Positions 30,301 through 45,700 of a DNA stretch of 64,000 nucleotides are shown here, piece after piece. The position numbers were made by a program, and so were the translations under genes. Positions within the stretch are counted from its first letter, which is position 1; every line of letters begins with the position of its first letter. The DNA lies in NCBI RefSeq assembly GCF_009914755.1, contig NC_060940.1; one strand, written 5' to 3'. The notes beneath the pieces were generated by a model that saw only the letters and a program-made list of their open reading frames with translations, was not told the DNA's origin and did not search any database. This stretch comes from the human T2T-CHM13v2.0 reference genome, Homo sapiens.

Positions 30301-33300
30301 TTTAGTGCATTCGGTGATTCTCTTTTATTACATTCGATGAGGGCTCCATTCGAGTCCATTCAATGATTCCATTAGATTCCACTCGATGATGATTCCATTT
30401 GAGTCCATTCAAAGATTCCTTTCGAGTCCATTCGATAATTCTATTGGATTCCACTAGGTGATGATTCCTTTCGAGTCAATTCGATGATTCCTTTCAAGTG
30501 CCTTCAATGATTCCATTCGATTCCATTCGATGACGATTCATTTCAAGTCCATTCAATGGTTCCATTCTGTTGAATTTGATGGTTCCATTTGATTCCATTC
30601 GATGATGATTCCATTCGTGTCCATTGGATGATTCCATTCGATTCCTTTCGAGGAAGATTCCATTCGACTCCATTCGATGATTCCGTTCGATTCCATTCCA
30701 TGATGATTCCATTTGATTCCATTCCATGATTCCATTCGATACCATTCGATGATGATTCCATTCGACTCCATTTGATGAATCCATTCAATGCTTCCATTCG
30801 AGTCCATTCGATGATTCCATTCGATTCCATTCCATGAAGATTCCATTCGAGTACATTTGATGATTCCATTTAATTCCATAGGATGATGATTCTATTAGGG
30901 TCCGTTGACTATTCCATTCAATTCCATTCGAAGATTCCATTCGAGTCCACTCGATGATTCTATTTGATTCCATTTGATAATTCCATTCGATTCCATTTGA
31001 TGTTGATTCCATTCGAGTCCATTCGATCATTATTACATTTGATTCTATTCGATGATTCCATTCGATTCCATTTGATGAGGATTCCATTCGAGACCATTTG
31101 ATGATTCCATTCAATTCCATTGGATGATTCCAATATTTTCCATTAGATGATGATTCCATTCGATTCCATTCAATGATGATTCCATCAGAATCCATTCGAT
31201 GATGACTCCTTTTGCTTCCATTCAATGATCATTACATTCGGTTCCATTCGATGATGATTCCTTTGGATTCCATTCGATGATGCTTCCATTCGATTCCATT
31301 TGATGATGATTCTTTTCGATTCCATTTGATGATGATTCCATTTGATTCCATTCGATGGTGATTCCATTTGATGATTCCATTCGATTGTATTCGATGATGA
31401 TTCCACTCGATTCTATTTGATGATGACTGCATTCGATTCCATTTGATGATTCCATTTGATTCCATTCGATGATGATTCTGATCAATTGCATTCGATGATC
31501 CATTCGATTCCATTTGATGGTTCCATTTGATTCCATTTGATAATGATTCCTTTCGAGTCCATTCGATGATTCCATTTGCGGATATTCGATAATTCCATTT
31601 GAGTCCAACCGATGATTCCATTCGAGGCCATTCAATCATTCTTTTTGAGTCCTTTCGATAAAGATTCCATTTTAGTCCATTCAATAATTCCACTGGAGTC
31701 CATTCGATGATTGCTTTTAATTCCATTCGATGATATTCCATTCGAGTCCATTCGATGATTCCATTCGTTGCTATTAGATGATGATTCCATTCATGACCAT
31801 TTGGTGATTCCATTCGATTTCATTCGTTGATGATTCCATTCGAGTCCATTCCATGATTCCATTCAAGTCCATTTGATGATTTCTTTGAATTCAATTCGAT
31901 GATGATTCCATTCGAGTCCATTCGATGATTCCATTCAGTTCCATTCGATGATGATTCCTTTCGAGACCATATGATGATTCCATTTGATTTCATTCGATGA
32001 TGATTCCATTCGATTCCATTCGATGATTCCATTCTATTCCATTCGATGATGATTCCATTCGAGTCCATTTAATGATTCCATTGGGTTCAATTCAATGATG
32101 ATTACATTGGATTCTCTTCTATGATACCATTCAATTCCGTTCATTGACAATTTGATTCCATTCGATGATGATTCCATTTGAGTTCATTCGATGATTCTAT
32201 TCGATTCTCTTCGATGGTGATTCAATTCTATTATATTGGATGATTCCATTCGATTCCATTTGATGTTGATTCAATTCGATTCTATTCGATGATGATTCCA
32301 TTGGATTTCATTTGATGATTCTATTCGATTCCATTCAATGATGATTCACTTCTCGTCCATTGGATGATTCCATTTCATTCCATTCGATGATGATTCCATT
32401 CGATTCCATTCGATGATTCCATTTGATTCCATTCGACGGTGAGCAATTCGATTCAATTCCATGATGATTCTATTTGATTCAGTTAGATGATGTTTCCATT
32501 CGAATCCATTCCATGATTATTCCATTGGAATCCATTCGGCGATGATTCCATATGAGTCAATTCAATGATGATTCCATATGGGTCAGTTCGATGATAATTC
32601 CATTTGATTTCATTCGATGCTTCTATTCAATTCCAGTCGATGATGATTCCGTTGGAGTCCATACGATGACTCCATTTGATTTCATTTGATGATGATTCCT
32701 TTCGATTCCATTCGATGACTCCATTCTGTTCCATTCGATGATGATTCCATTCGAGTCCATTCGATGATTCCATTCGAGTCCATTTCATGATTCCATTGGG
32801 TTCAATTCGATGATGATTACACTGGATTCCATTCTATGATTCCATTCAATTCCATTCGTTGATGATTCGATTCCATTCAATGATGATTCCATTTGAGTTC
32901 ATTCGATGATTCTATTCGATTCCGTTCGATGGTGATTCAATTCTATTATATTGGATGATTCCATTCGATTCCATTTGATGATGATTCCATTCGATTCCAT
33001 TCGATGATGATTCCATTTGATTCCATTTGATGTTGATTCTATTCGATTCTATTCAATGATGATTCCATTCGATTTCATTTGATGATTCTATTCGATTCCT
33101 TTCGATGATTCTATTCCATTCCATTCGATGATGATTCAATTCTCTTCCATTGGATGATTCCATTTTATTCCATTCGACGATGACTCCATTTGATTCCATT
33201 CAATGATGATTCCATTCGATTCCATTCGGTGATTCCATTTGATTCCATTCGACGGTGAGCAATTTGATTCAATTCCATAATGATTCTATTTGATTCAATT

Positions 33301-34430
33301 AGATGATGTTTCCATTCGAATCCATTCGGTGATGATTCCATTGGTATCCATTCGACGATGATTCCATATGAGTCAATTCGATGATGATTCCATACGAGTC
33401 CGTTGGATGATAATTCCATTTGATTTCATTCAATCCTTCTATTCGATTCCATTTGATGATGATTCCATCTGAATCCATTCTCCGATTCCATTCGATTTCA
33501 TTCGATGCTTGTATTTGATTTCATTCGAAGATGATTCCTTTCAATTCCGTTCATTAATTCCATTTGATTCCATTCGATGATGATTCCATCCGATTCCATT
33601 GGATGATGATTCCATTCGAGTCCATTCGATGATTCCGTTCTAATCCATTCTATGATTCCATTCGAGTCCATTCGATGATTCCATTCGATTCCATTCAGTG
33701 ATGATTCCATTTGATTCCATCTGATGATGATTTCATTTGATTCCATTCGATGATGATTCCATTGGAGTCCATTGAATGATTCAATTCAATTCCATTCCAT
33801 GTGGATTCCATTCGAATTCATTCGATTATTCCATTCAAATCCCTTCGTTGATTCCATCTGATTCCACTTGACGATGATTCCATTCAAGTCCAATCGATGA
33901 TTCCATTCGGTTCCATTCAATGATTCCATTCGAGTCCATTTATGTATTATATTCGTGTCCACTTGATGACTCCATTCAATTCCATTTAATGATGATTCCA
34001 TTTGATTCCATTTGATGATTCAGTTCGATTCCTTACAATGATTCCCTACGATTCCTTTCTATGATGATTCCATTCGATTCCATTCATTGATGATTCCATT
34101 CGACTCCATTCAATGATGATTCCTTTCGATTCCATTTGACGATGTTTCCATTTGAGTCCATTCGATGATGATTCCATTGGTATCCATTCGACGATGATTC
34201 CATATGAGTCAATTCGATGATGATTCCATACGAGTCCGTTGGATGATAATTCCATTTGATTTCATTCAATCCTTCTATTCGATTCCATTTGATGATGATT
34301 CCATCTGAATCCATTCTCCGATTCCATTCGATTTCATTCGATGCTTCTATTTGATTTCATTCGAAGATGATTCCTTTCAATTCCATTCATTAATTCCATT
34401 TGATTCCATTCGATGATGATTCCATCCGAT
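27370..34430 (+). repeat. ~7-kb block, copy 1 (paralogue at ~50750-57810)
   Basis: ORFs 27608, 27890, 28331, 29387 and 29685 recur at +23376. ORFs 30114 to 33786 recur at +23377 (1-bp indel at ~29883). ORFs 34046 and 34084 recur at +23381 (4-bp indel). Translations are mostly identical. Confidence 0.93.
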
Positions 34431-37400
34431 TCCATTCGATGATGATTGGATTCGATTCCATTTGATGATTTCATTTGATTCCATTCGATGATGATTTCGA
34501 TCAATTCCATTCGATGATTCCATTCGATTCCATTTGATAATGATTACATCCGAGTCCATTCGATGATTCCATTTGAGCCCGTTCGATAATTCCATTTGAG
34601 TCCAATCAATGATTCCATTCATTTCCATTCAATGATTCCATTCGAGTCCATTTGATCATTCCGGTAGTGTCCGTTCGATGTTGATTCCATTGGAGTGCAT
34701 TCGATGATTCCATTCGAGTCCATTTTAGGATTTGATTCGAGTCCTTTCGATGATTCCATTCGATTCCACTCGATGCGATGATGATTTCATTCGAGTCCAT
34801 TCGACACTTCCAATCGATTCCATTTGATGTTTCCATTCGAGTCCAATTGATGATTCCATTCAATTCCATTCGATGATGATTCCGTACGATTCCATTCTGT
34901 GATGATTCCATGTGATTGCATTCAATGATGATTCCTTTCGATTGCATTCGATTATGATTCATTTCGTGTTCATTCTATGGTTCCACAGGTTTCACATCGT
35001 GTCCATTCCATTATTCCATTCTATTCCATTTGATGATGATTCCATTCGATTCCATTCATTGGTGATTCCACTCAATTCCATTCAATGATTCCATTCCATT
35101 TCTTTCAACAATGATTCCATTAGTTTCTAATCGATGATCCACTTGATTCCATTTGACGATGATTCCATTCTTGTCCATTCGATGATTCCATTTGATTCCA
35201 TATGATGATGATTCCATTCGATTCCATATGATGATGATGCCATTCGAGTCCATTCAATGGTGATTCCATTCAATTCCATTCGGTGATTCCTTTCGATTCC
35301 ATTTGATGATGATGGCATTCGATTCCTTTCAATCATTCCCTTTGATTCCACTCAAAGTTGATTTCATTCAAGTCCATTCGATAATTGCATTCGATTCCAT
35401 TCTATGATGATTCCATTCGAGTCCATTTGATGATTCCATTCAATTCAAGTCAATGATGATTCCATTCGATTCCATTCGATGATTCCATTGGATTCCATTC
35501 GATGATGATTCCATTCAAATCCATTCGATAATTCAATTCACGTCCATTCGATGATGATTCCAATCGAATCCATTCAAAGATTCCATTCAATTCCATTCGA
35601 TGATTCCCTTAGATTCCATTCGATGATTCCACTTGATTCCATTTACGATGATTCCATTCGATTCCATGTGATGATTCCATTCAATTCTATTCAATGATGT
35701 TTCCATTTGATTCCATTCGACCATGATTGCCTTTGATTCCATTCAATGATTCCATTCGGTTCCGTTTGATGATGATTCCGTTCGATTCCATTTGATGATT
35801 CCATTTGATTCCATTGGATGAGTCCATTCGATTACATTCGATGATTATTCCATTCGAGTGCATTAGATGATTCCATTCGAGTCCATTCGATGATTCCATT
35901 CGAGTCCATTCGATGATTCCATTCGATTCCATTCGATGTTGATTCTGTTCAAATCCATTCGATGATTCCACTCGATTCCATTCGATGACTCCATTTGATC
36001 CCATTCGATGATTTCCTTTGATTCCCTTTTATGATCATTCCATTTGATTCAATTCGGTGATTTCATTGGATTCCATTCAGTGATGTTTCCATTCGACTCC
36101 ATTCGATGATGATTCCATTCGACTACATTCGATTATGATTTCATTCAATTCCATTCGATAAAGATTCCCTTCGAGTCCAATCGATGATTCCATTCGATTC
36201 CATTCAACGATGATTTGATTCGTGTCCATTCGATGATTCCATTTGATTCCACTTGATGAGGATTCCATTCGAGTCCATTTGATGATTCCATTCAATTCCA
36301 TTCTCCGATGATTTCTTTTGAGCCCACTCAATGCTTCCACTCGATTCCATATGATGATGACTCCATTCGATGAAATTCGATGATGATTCCATTCGCTTGC
36401 ATTCGATGATGATTCCACTTGAGTCCATTAGAAGATTCTATTCAATTACATTCCATGACGATTCCGTTCGAGTCCATTTGATGATTCCATTAGACTCCAT
36501 TCGACGATGATTCCATTCGATGTTATTCGATGATTCCATTCGATCTCATTCGATGATGATTCCATTCAACTCCATTCGATGTTTCCATTCGAGTTCATTC
36601 TATTATTCCATTAGATTCCATTCGATGATGATTCCATTCGATTCCATTTGATGATTGCATTCTATTTCATTTGATGATGATTCCATTCGAGTCCACTCGA
36701 TGATTCCATTCGAGTCCATTTAATGAATCCATTGGTTTCAATTCTATGATGATTACATTGGATTCCATTCGTTGATGATTTCATTCGGTTCCATTCAATG
36801 ATGATTCCATTCAATTCCTTTCAATGTTTCCATTCAATTCCATACGATGATGATTCCATTTGATTTGATTCGACAGTGAGCCATTCGATTCAATTCCATG
36901 ATGATTCTATTTGATTCCATTGGTTGACATTTCCATTCGATTCCATTCGATGATGATTCCCTTTGATTCCATTCAAAGATGATTCCATTCTAGCCCATTC
37001 AATCATTCCATTCGATTCTATTCAATGATGATTCCATTCATGTCGATTTGGTGATTCCATTTGACTTCATTTGATGATGATTCCTTTCAAGTTCATTAGA
37101 TGATTCCATTCGATTCCATTTGATGATGATCCCATTCGAGTCCATTCAGTGATTCCACTCGTTTCCATTCCATGATGATTCCATTCCATTCCATTCAATG
37201 ATTCCATTCGATTCCGTTTGATGATGATTTCATTCGAGTCCATTCAATGATTCCATTCGATTCCAATCGATGGTGGTTCCATTAGAGTCCATTTAATGAT
37301 TCCATTTGATTCCAGTCTCTGATGTTTACATTCGAGTCCATACGATGATTCCACTAAATTCCATATGATGATGATTCCATTCGATTCCATTGGATGATTC

Positions 37401-37510
37401 CATTCTATTCTATTCAAAGGTGATTCCATTCGAGTACATTAGATGATTCCATTCGATTCCATTCAATGATGATTCTATTTGTGTCCCTTAGATGATTCCA
37501 CATGATTCCA
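27608..37510 (+). repeat. ~9.9-kb higher-order unit; partial next copy runs to ~39700
   Basis: ORFs 27890, 28331 and 29387 recur at 37788, 38229 and 39285 (+9898). The marker 'gatgatactatttgagcccatcc' occurs at ~27614 and ~37517. Confidence 0.85.
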
Positions 37511-39704
37511 TTAGATGATGATACTATTTGAGCCCATCCAATGATTCCCTTCGATTCCATTCGATGAGGATTCCATTCGATTCAATTCATTGGTGATTCT
37601 ATTCAATTCTTTGATTCAATTCCATTCCATTCGACAATGATTCCATTCGATTTCTTTCGATGATTCCACTCAATTTCACTTGACATTGATTCCATTCGAT
37701 TCCATTCAATGATTCCATTTGATTCCAGTGGATGATGATTGCCGTCGATTCCATTCGATCACTCCATTCTGTTCCATTTGATGATGATTACATTCGATTC
37801 CATTTGATGATTCCATCTGATTCTATTCGAGGATTCCATTTGATTCCATTCGATGATGATTCCATTCGAGTCCATTCGATGATTTCATTCGAGTACATCC
37901 AATGATTCCATTCGAGTCCATTTGATGATTCCATTTCATTCCATTTGATTATGATTCTACTAGAGTCCATTCAATGACTCCATTCGAGTCCATTCAACAG
38001 TTCCATCCGAGTCCATTCGATGATTCCATTCGATTCCATTTGATGATTCCATTCGAGTCCATTTAATCATTACAGTCGAGTCCATTTGGTGATTCCACTG
38101 GATTTCTTTTGATAATGATACCATTCAATTACATTTGATGATGATCCCATTCAATTTCATTTGATGATGATTCCATTAGAGTCCATTCCATGATTTCATT
38201 CGAGTCCCTTCATTGATTCCATCCGATTTCATTTCATGATGACTCCATTCGAGTCCATTCGATGATTCCACTCGATTCCATTAGATGATTCCATTGGAGT
38301 CCATTTGATTGTTCCATTCGATTCCATTCGATTCCTTTCGAAGATTATTCCATTTGAGTCCATTCGATGATGATTCCATTCCATTCCATTCGATGATTCC
38401 GTTTGATTCCATTCGATGATTCCCTGCGATTCCTTTCTATGATGATTCCATTCCATTCCATTCAATGATTCCATTCGAATCTATTCCATGATGATTCCTT
38501 TCGATTCCATTCGCTGATGTTTCCGTTCAATTCCATTCGATGATGATTCCATTCGATTCCATTCATTGAGGATTCCATTGGATTCCATTCAATGATGATT
38601 CCATTCTATTCCATTCAATGATTGCATTCAATTCCATTCAATGATTATGCCATTAGAGTAAATTCAACGATTCCATTCAATACCATTCGATGATGATTCC
38701 TTTTGAGTCCATTCAATGATTTCATTCAAGTCCATTTGATGATTCCTTTCAATTCCATTCCATGATGATTCCATTCGAGTCCATTCGATGATTCCATTCG
38801 ATTGCATTCGATGATTCCATTATATTCCATTCAACGATGATTCCATTCGAGTCCATTCGATGATTCCATTAGAGTACATTTAATGATTGCTTTGTTTTCA
38901 ATTCGAAGATGATTACATTGGATTCCATTCTATGATTCCATTCGATTCCATTCATTGATGATTCCACCCAATTCCATTCGATGATGATTCCATTCGATTT
39001 CAATGATTCTACTCGATTCCATTCAATGATGATTCAATTCTATTCCGTTTGATGATTCCATTAGATTCCATTCTATGATGATTCCATTCGAGTCCATTCG
39101 AAGATTTCATTCGATTACATTCCATGACGATTCCATTCGAGTCCATTCGATGATTCCATTTGAATCCATTCGACGATGATTCCATTTGATGCTATTCGAT
39201 GATTCCCTTGGATTCCATTCGATGATGATTCCATTCGACTTGATTTGATGTTTCTATTTGAGTCCATTCGGTTATTTTATTAGACTACATTCGATGATGA
39301 TTCCATTCGATGCCATTCAGTGGTTCCATTTCATTCCACTCAATGATGATTGCATTCGTGTCCATTCGATGATTCCATTTGGTTCCATTTGATGATGATT
39401 CCATTCGAGTCCATTCGATGATACCATTCAATTCCATTCGATGATCATTCCATTCGAATCCATTTGATGATTCCACTCAATTCCATTTGATGACTCCTTT
39501 CATTCCCATTCGATGATTCCCTTCAGTTCCAATTGGATGATCTTTCCATTTGATTCAATATGGTGACTCCATTCTATTATATTCAATGATGATTCCATTC
39601 GACTCCATTAGATGATGACTTCATTCCATTCCATTCGATTGTGATTTCATTCGATTCCATTCGAAGATGATTCCATTCGAGTCCATTCGATGATTCCATT
39701 CGAT

Positions 39705-42700
39705 TTCATTCAACGATGATTTGATTCGTGTCCATTCGATGATTCCATTTGATTCCACTTGATGATGATTCCATTCGAGTCCATTTGATGATTCCATTCA
39801 ATTCCATTCTCCGATGACTTCTTTTGAGCCCATTCAATGCTTCCACTCGATTCCATATGATGATGACTCCATTCGATGAAATTCGATGATGATTCCATTC
39901 GCTTGCATTCGATGATGATTCCACTTGAGTCCATTAGAAGATTCTATTCAATTACATTCCATGACGATTCCGTTCGAGTCCATTTGATGATTCCATTAGA
40001 CTCCATTCGACGATGATTCCATTCGAGGTTATTCGATGATTCCATTCGATCTCATTCGATGATGATTCCATTCAACTCCATTCGATGTTTCCATTCGAGT
40101 TCATTCTATTATTCCATTAGATTCCATTCGATGATGATTCCATTCGATTCCATTTGATGATTGCATTCTATTTCATTTGATGATGATTCCATTCGAGTCC
40201 ACTCGATGATTCCATTCGAGTCCATTTAATGAATATATTGGTTTCAATTCTATGATGATTACATTGGATTACATTCGTTGATGATTTCATTCGGTTCCAT
40301 TCAATGATGATTCTATTCAATTCCTTTCAATGTTTCCATTCAATTCCATACGATGATGATTCCATTTGATTTGATTCGACAGTGAGTCATTCGATTCAAT
40401 TCCATGATGATTCTATTTGATTCAATTGGTTGACATTTCCATTCGATTCCATTCGATGATGATTCCCTTTGATTCAATTCAAAGATGATTCCATTCTAGC
40501 CCATTCAATCATTCCATTCGATTCTATTCAATGATGATTCCATTCATGTCGATTTGGTGATTCCATTTGACTTCATTTGATGATGATTCCTTTCAAGTTC
40601 ATTAGATGATTCCATTCGATTCCATTTGATGATGATCCCATTCGAGTCTATTCAGTGATTCCACTCGTTTCCATTCCATGATGATTCCATTCCATTCCAT
40701 TCAATGATTCCATTCGATTCCGTTTGATGATGATTTCATTCGAGTCCATTTGATGATTCCATTTCATTCCATTCGATGATGATTCCATTCGAGTCCATTT
40801 GATGATTCTATTCGAATCCATTTGATGATTTCTTTTGATTATAGTTGGTGATGATTCCATTGGAGTCCATTCAATGATTCCATTCTATTCCAATCGATGA
40901 TGATTCCATTAGAGTCCATTTAATGATTCCATTTGATTCCAGTCTCTGATGATTACATTCGAGTCCATACGATGATTCCACTCAATTCCATATGATGATG
41001 ATTCCATTCTATTCCGTTCGATGATTCCATTCTATTCTATTCAATGGTGATTCCATTCGATTCCATTCAATGATGATTCTATTTGTGTCCCTTAGATGAT
41101 TCCACATGATTCCATTAGATGATGATACTATTTGAGCCCATCCAATGATTCCCTTCGATTCCATTCGATGAGGATTCCATTCGATTCAGTTCATTGGTGA
41201 TTCTATTCAATTCAATTCTTTGATTCCATTCCATTCCATTCGACAATGATTCCATTCGATTTCTTTCGATGATTCCACTCGATTCCACTTGACATTGATT
41301 CCCTTCGATTCCATTCAATGATTCCATTTGATTCCAGTGGATGATGATTGCCATCGATTCCATTCGATCACTCCATTCTATTCCATTTGATGATGATTAC
41401 ATTCGATTCCATTTGACGATTCCATCTGATTCTATTCGAGGATTCCATTTGATTCCATTCGATGATGATTCCATTCGAGTCCATTCGATGATTTCATTCG
41501 AGTACATCCAATGATTCCATTCGAGTCCATTTGATGATTCCATTTGATTCCATTTGATAATGATTCTACTAGAGTCCATTCAATGACTCCATTCGAGTCC
41601 ATTCAACAATTCCATTCGACTCCATTTGATGATTCCATTCGATTCCATTTGATGATTCCATTCGAGTCCATTTAATCATTACAGTCGAGTCCATTTGGTG
41701 ATTCCACCGGATTTCTTTTGATAATGATACCATTCAATTACATTTGATGATGATCCCATTCAATTTCATTTGATGGTGATTCCATTAGAGTCCATTCGAT
41801 GATTTCATTCGAGTCCCTTCATTGATTCCATCCGATTTCATTGGATGATGACTCCATTCGAGTCCATTCGATGATTCCACTCGATTCCATTAGATGATTC
41901 CATTGGAGTCCATTTGATTGTTCCATTCGATTCCATTCGATTTCTTTCGAAGATTATTCCATTTGAGTCCATTCGATGATGATTCCATTCCATTCCATTC
42001 GATGATTCCGTTTGATTCCATTCGATGATTCCCTTCGATTCCTTTCTTTGATGATTCCATTCCATTCCATTCAATGATTCCATTCGAATCTATTCCATGA
42101 TGATTCCTTTCGATTCCATTCGCTGATGTTTCCTTTCAATTCCATTCGATGATGATTCCATTCGATTCCATTCATTGAGGATTCCATTTGATTCCATTCA
42201 ATGATGATTCCGTTCTATTCCATTCAATGATTGCATTCAATTCCATTCAATGATTATCCCCTTAGAGTAAACTCAACGATTCCATTCAATACCATTCGAT
42301 GGTGATTCCTTTTGAGTCCATTCAATGATTTCATTCAAGTCCATTTGATGATTCCTTTCAATTCCATTCTATGATGATTCCATTCGAGTCCATTCGATGA
42401 TTCCATTCGATTGCATTCGATGATTCCATTATATTCCAGTCAACGATGATTCCATTCGAGTCCATTCGATGATTCCATTAGAGTACATTTAATGATTGCT
42501 TTGTTTTCAATTCGAAGATGATTACATTGGATTCCATTCTATGATACCATTCGATTCCATTCAATGATGATTCCACTCAAATCCATTGGATGATTCCATT
42601 CGTGTCCATTCGGTGATTTCATTAGATTCCATTCGAGGATGATTCCATTCGATTCCATTCGATGATTCCATTCAATTCCATTCGATGATGATTCCATTCC

Positions 42701-45700
42701 AGTCCATATGATCATTCCATTTGATTTCATTCGATGATGATTCCATTCGATTCCATTCGATGATTCCATTCTATTCCATTCGATGATGATTCCATTCGAG
42801 TCCATTCGATGATTCCATTCGAGTGCATTTAATGATTCCATTGGGTTCAATTCAATGATGATTACATTGGATTCCGTTCTATGATTCCATTCAATTCCTT
42901 TCATTGACAATTTGATTCCATTCGATGATGATTCAATTTGAGTTCATTCGATGATTCTATTCGATTCTCTTCGATGGTGATTCAATTCTATTATATTGGA
43001 TGATTCCATTCGATTCCATTTGATGTTGATTCAATTCGATTCTATTCGATGATGATTCCATTGGATTTCACTTGATGATTCTATTCGATTCCATTCAATG
43101 ATGATTCACTTCTCGTCCATTGGATGATTCCATTTCATTCCATTCGATGATGATTTCCTTCGATTCCATGCGACGGTGAGCAATTCGATTCAATTCCATG
43201 ATGATTCTATTTGATTCAATTAGATGATGTTTCCATTCGAATCCATTCCATGATTATTCCATTGGAATCCATTCGGCGATGATTCCATATGAGTCAATTC
43301 AATGATGATTCCATATGGGTCCGTTCGATGATAATTCCATTTGATTTCATTCAATGCTTCTATTCTATTCCAGTCGATGATGATTCCATTGGAGTCCATA
43401 CGATGATTCCATTTGATTTCATTTGATGATGATTCCATTCGATGATGATTACATTGGATTCCATTCTATGATTCCATTCAATTCCATTCGTTGATGATTC
43501 GATTCCATTCAATGATGATTCCATTTGAGTTCATTCGATGATTCTATTCGATTCCGTTCGATGGTGATTCAATTCTATTATATTGGATGATTCCACTCGA
43601 TTCCATTTGATGATTATTCCATTGGAGTCCACTTAGTGAATCCTTTAGATTCTACTCGAAGATGATTCCATTCGAGTCCATTCAATGATAGCATTCAATT
43701 TCATTCGTTGATGCTTCCATTCAAGTGCATTCGATGATATCATTCGATTCCATTTGATGATAATTCCATTTGATTCCATGCGATGATTCTATTCGATTCC
43801 ATTCAATGATAATTCCATTCAATTCAGTGATTCCTCTGGACTCCATTTGATGATGATACCATTCAATGATTCCATTCGATTCTATTCGAAAATGATTCCA
43901 TTTGAATCCATTTGATGATGATTCCATTAGATTCCATTTGATGATTCCATTCGATTGCATTTGACGATGATTCCATTCGATTCCATTTGATGATTCCATT
44001 CTATTCTATTCGATGATGATTCCATTCGATTCCATTTGATGATGATTGGATTCGATTCCATTTGATGATTTCATTTGATTCCATTCGTTAATGATTTCGA
44101 TCAACTCCATTCGATGATTCCATTTGATTCCATTCGATAATGATTACATCCGAGTCCATTCGATGATTCCATTTGAGTCCGTTCGATAATTCCATTTGAG
44201 TCCAATCAATGATTCCATTCATTTCCATTCAATGATTCCATTCGAGTCCATTTGATCATTCTGGTAGGGTCCGTTCGATGTTGATTCCATTGGAGTGCAT
44301 TTGATGATTCCATTCGAGTCCATTTTATGATTTGATTCGAGTCCTTTCGATGATTCCATTCGATTCCACTCGATGATGATTTCATTCGAGTCCATTCGAC
44401 ACTTCCAATCGATTCCATTTGATGTTTCCATTTGAGTCCAATTGATGATTCCATTCAATTCCATTCGATGATGATTCCGTACGATTCCATTCTGTGATGA
44501 TTCCATGTGATTGCATTCAATGATGATTCCTTTCGACTGCATTTGATTATGATTCATTTCGTGTTCATTCTATGGTTCCACAGGTTTCCATTCGATGACG
44601 TTTCCGTTCGTGTCCATTCCATTATTCCATTCTATTTCATTTGATGATGATTCCATTCGATTCCATTCATTGGTGATTCCACTCAATTCCATTCAATGAT
44701 TCCATTCCATTTCTTTCAACAATGATTCCATTACTTTCTATTCGATGATCCACTTGATTCCATTTGGCGATGATTCCATTCGTGTCCATTCGATGATTCC
44801 ATTTGATTCCATATGATGATGATTCCATTCGATTCCATACCATGATGATTCCATTCGAGTCCATTCAATGGTGATTCCATTCAATTCCATTCGATGATTC
44901 CTTCCGATTCCATTCGATGATGATGGCATTCGATTCCTTTCAATCATTCCCTTTGATTCCATTCAAAGGTGATTTCATTCAAGTCCATTCGATAATTGCA
45001 TTCGATTCCATTCTATGATGATTCCATTCGAGTCCATTTGATGATTCCATTCAATTCAAGTCAATGATGATTCCATTTAATTCCACTCGATGATTCCATT
45101 GGATTCAATTCGATGATGATTCCATTCAAATCCATTCGATAATTCAATTCAAGTCCATTCGATGATGATTCCAATCGAATCCATTCAAAGATTCCATTCA
45201 ATTCCATTCGATGATGATTCCCTTAGATTCCATTCGATGATTCCACTTGATTCCATTTACGATGATTCCATTCGATTCCATGTGATGAATCCATTCAATT
45301 CTATTCAATGATGTTTCCATTTGATTCCATTGGACCATGATTGCCTTTGATTCCATTCAATGATTCCATTCGGTTCCATTTGATGATGATTCCGTTCTAT
45401 TCCATTTCATTATTCCATTTGATTCCATTGGATGAGTCCATTCGATTACATTCGATGATTATTCCATTCGAGTGCATTAGATGATTGCATTCGAGTCCAT
45501 TCGATGATTCCATTCGATTCCATTCGATGTTGATTCTGTTCAAATCCATTCGATGATTCCACTCGATTCCATTCGATGACTCCATTTGATCCCATTCGAT
45601 GATTTCCTGTGATTCCCTTTGATGATCATTCTATTTGATTCAATTCGGTGATTTCATTTCATTCCATTCAGTGATGTTTCCATTCGACTGTATTCGATGA

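Noticed and set aside
31232-31813. Longest ORF (193 aa), identical at 54609-55190, which could suggest conservation
   Set aside because: The identity reflects the recent 23.4-kb-offset duplication. Flanking non-ORF DNA is equally identical.
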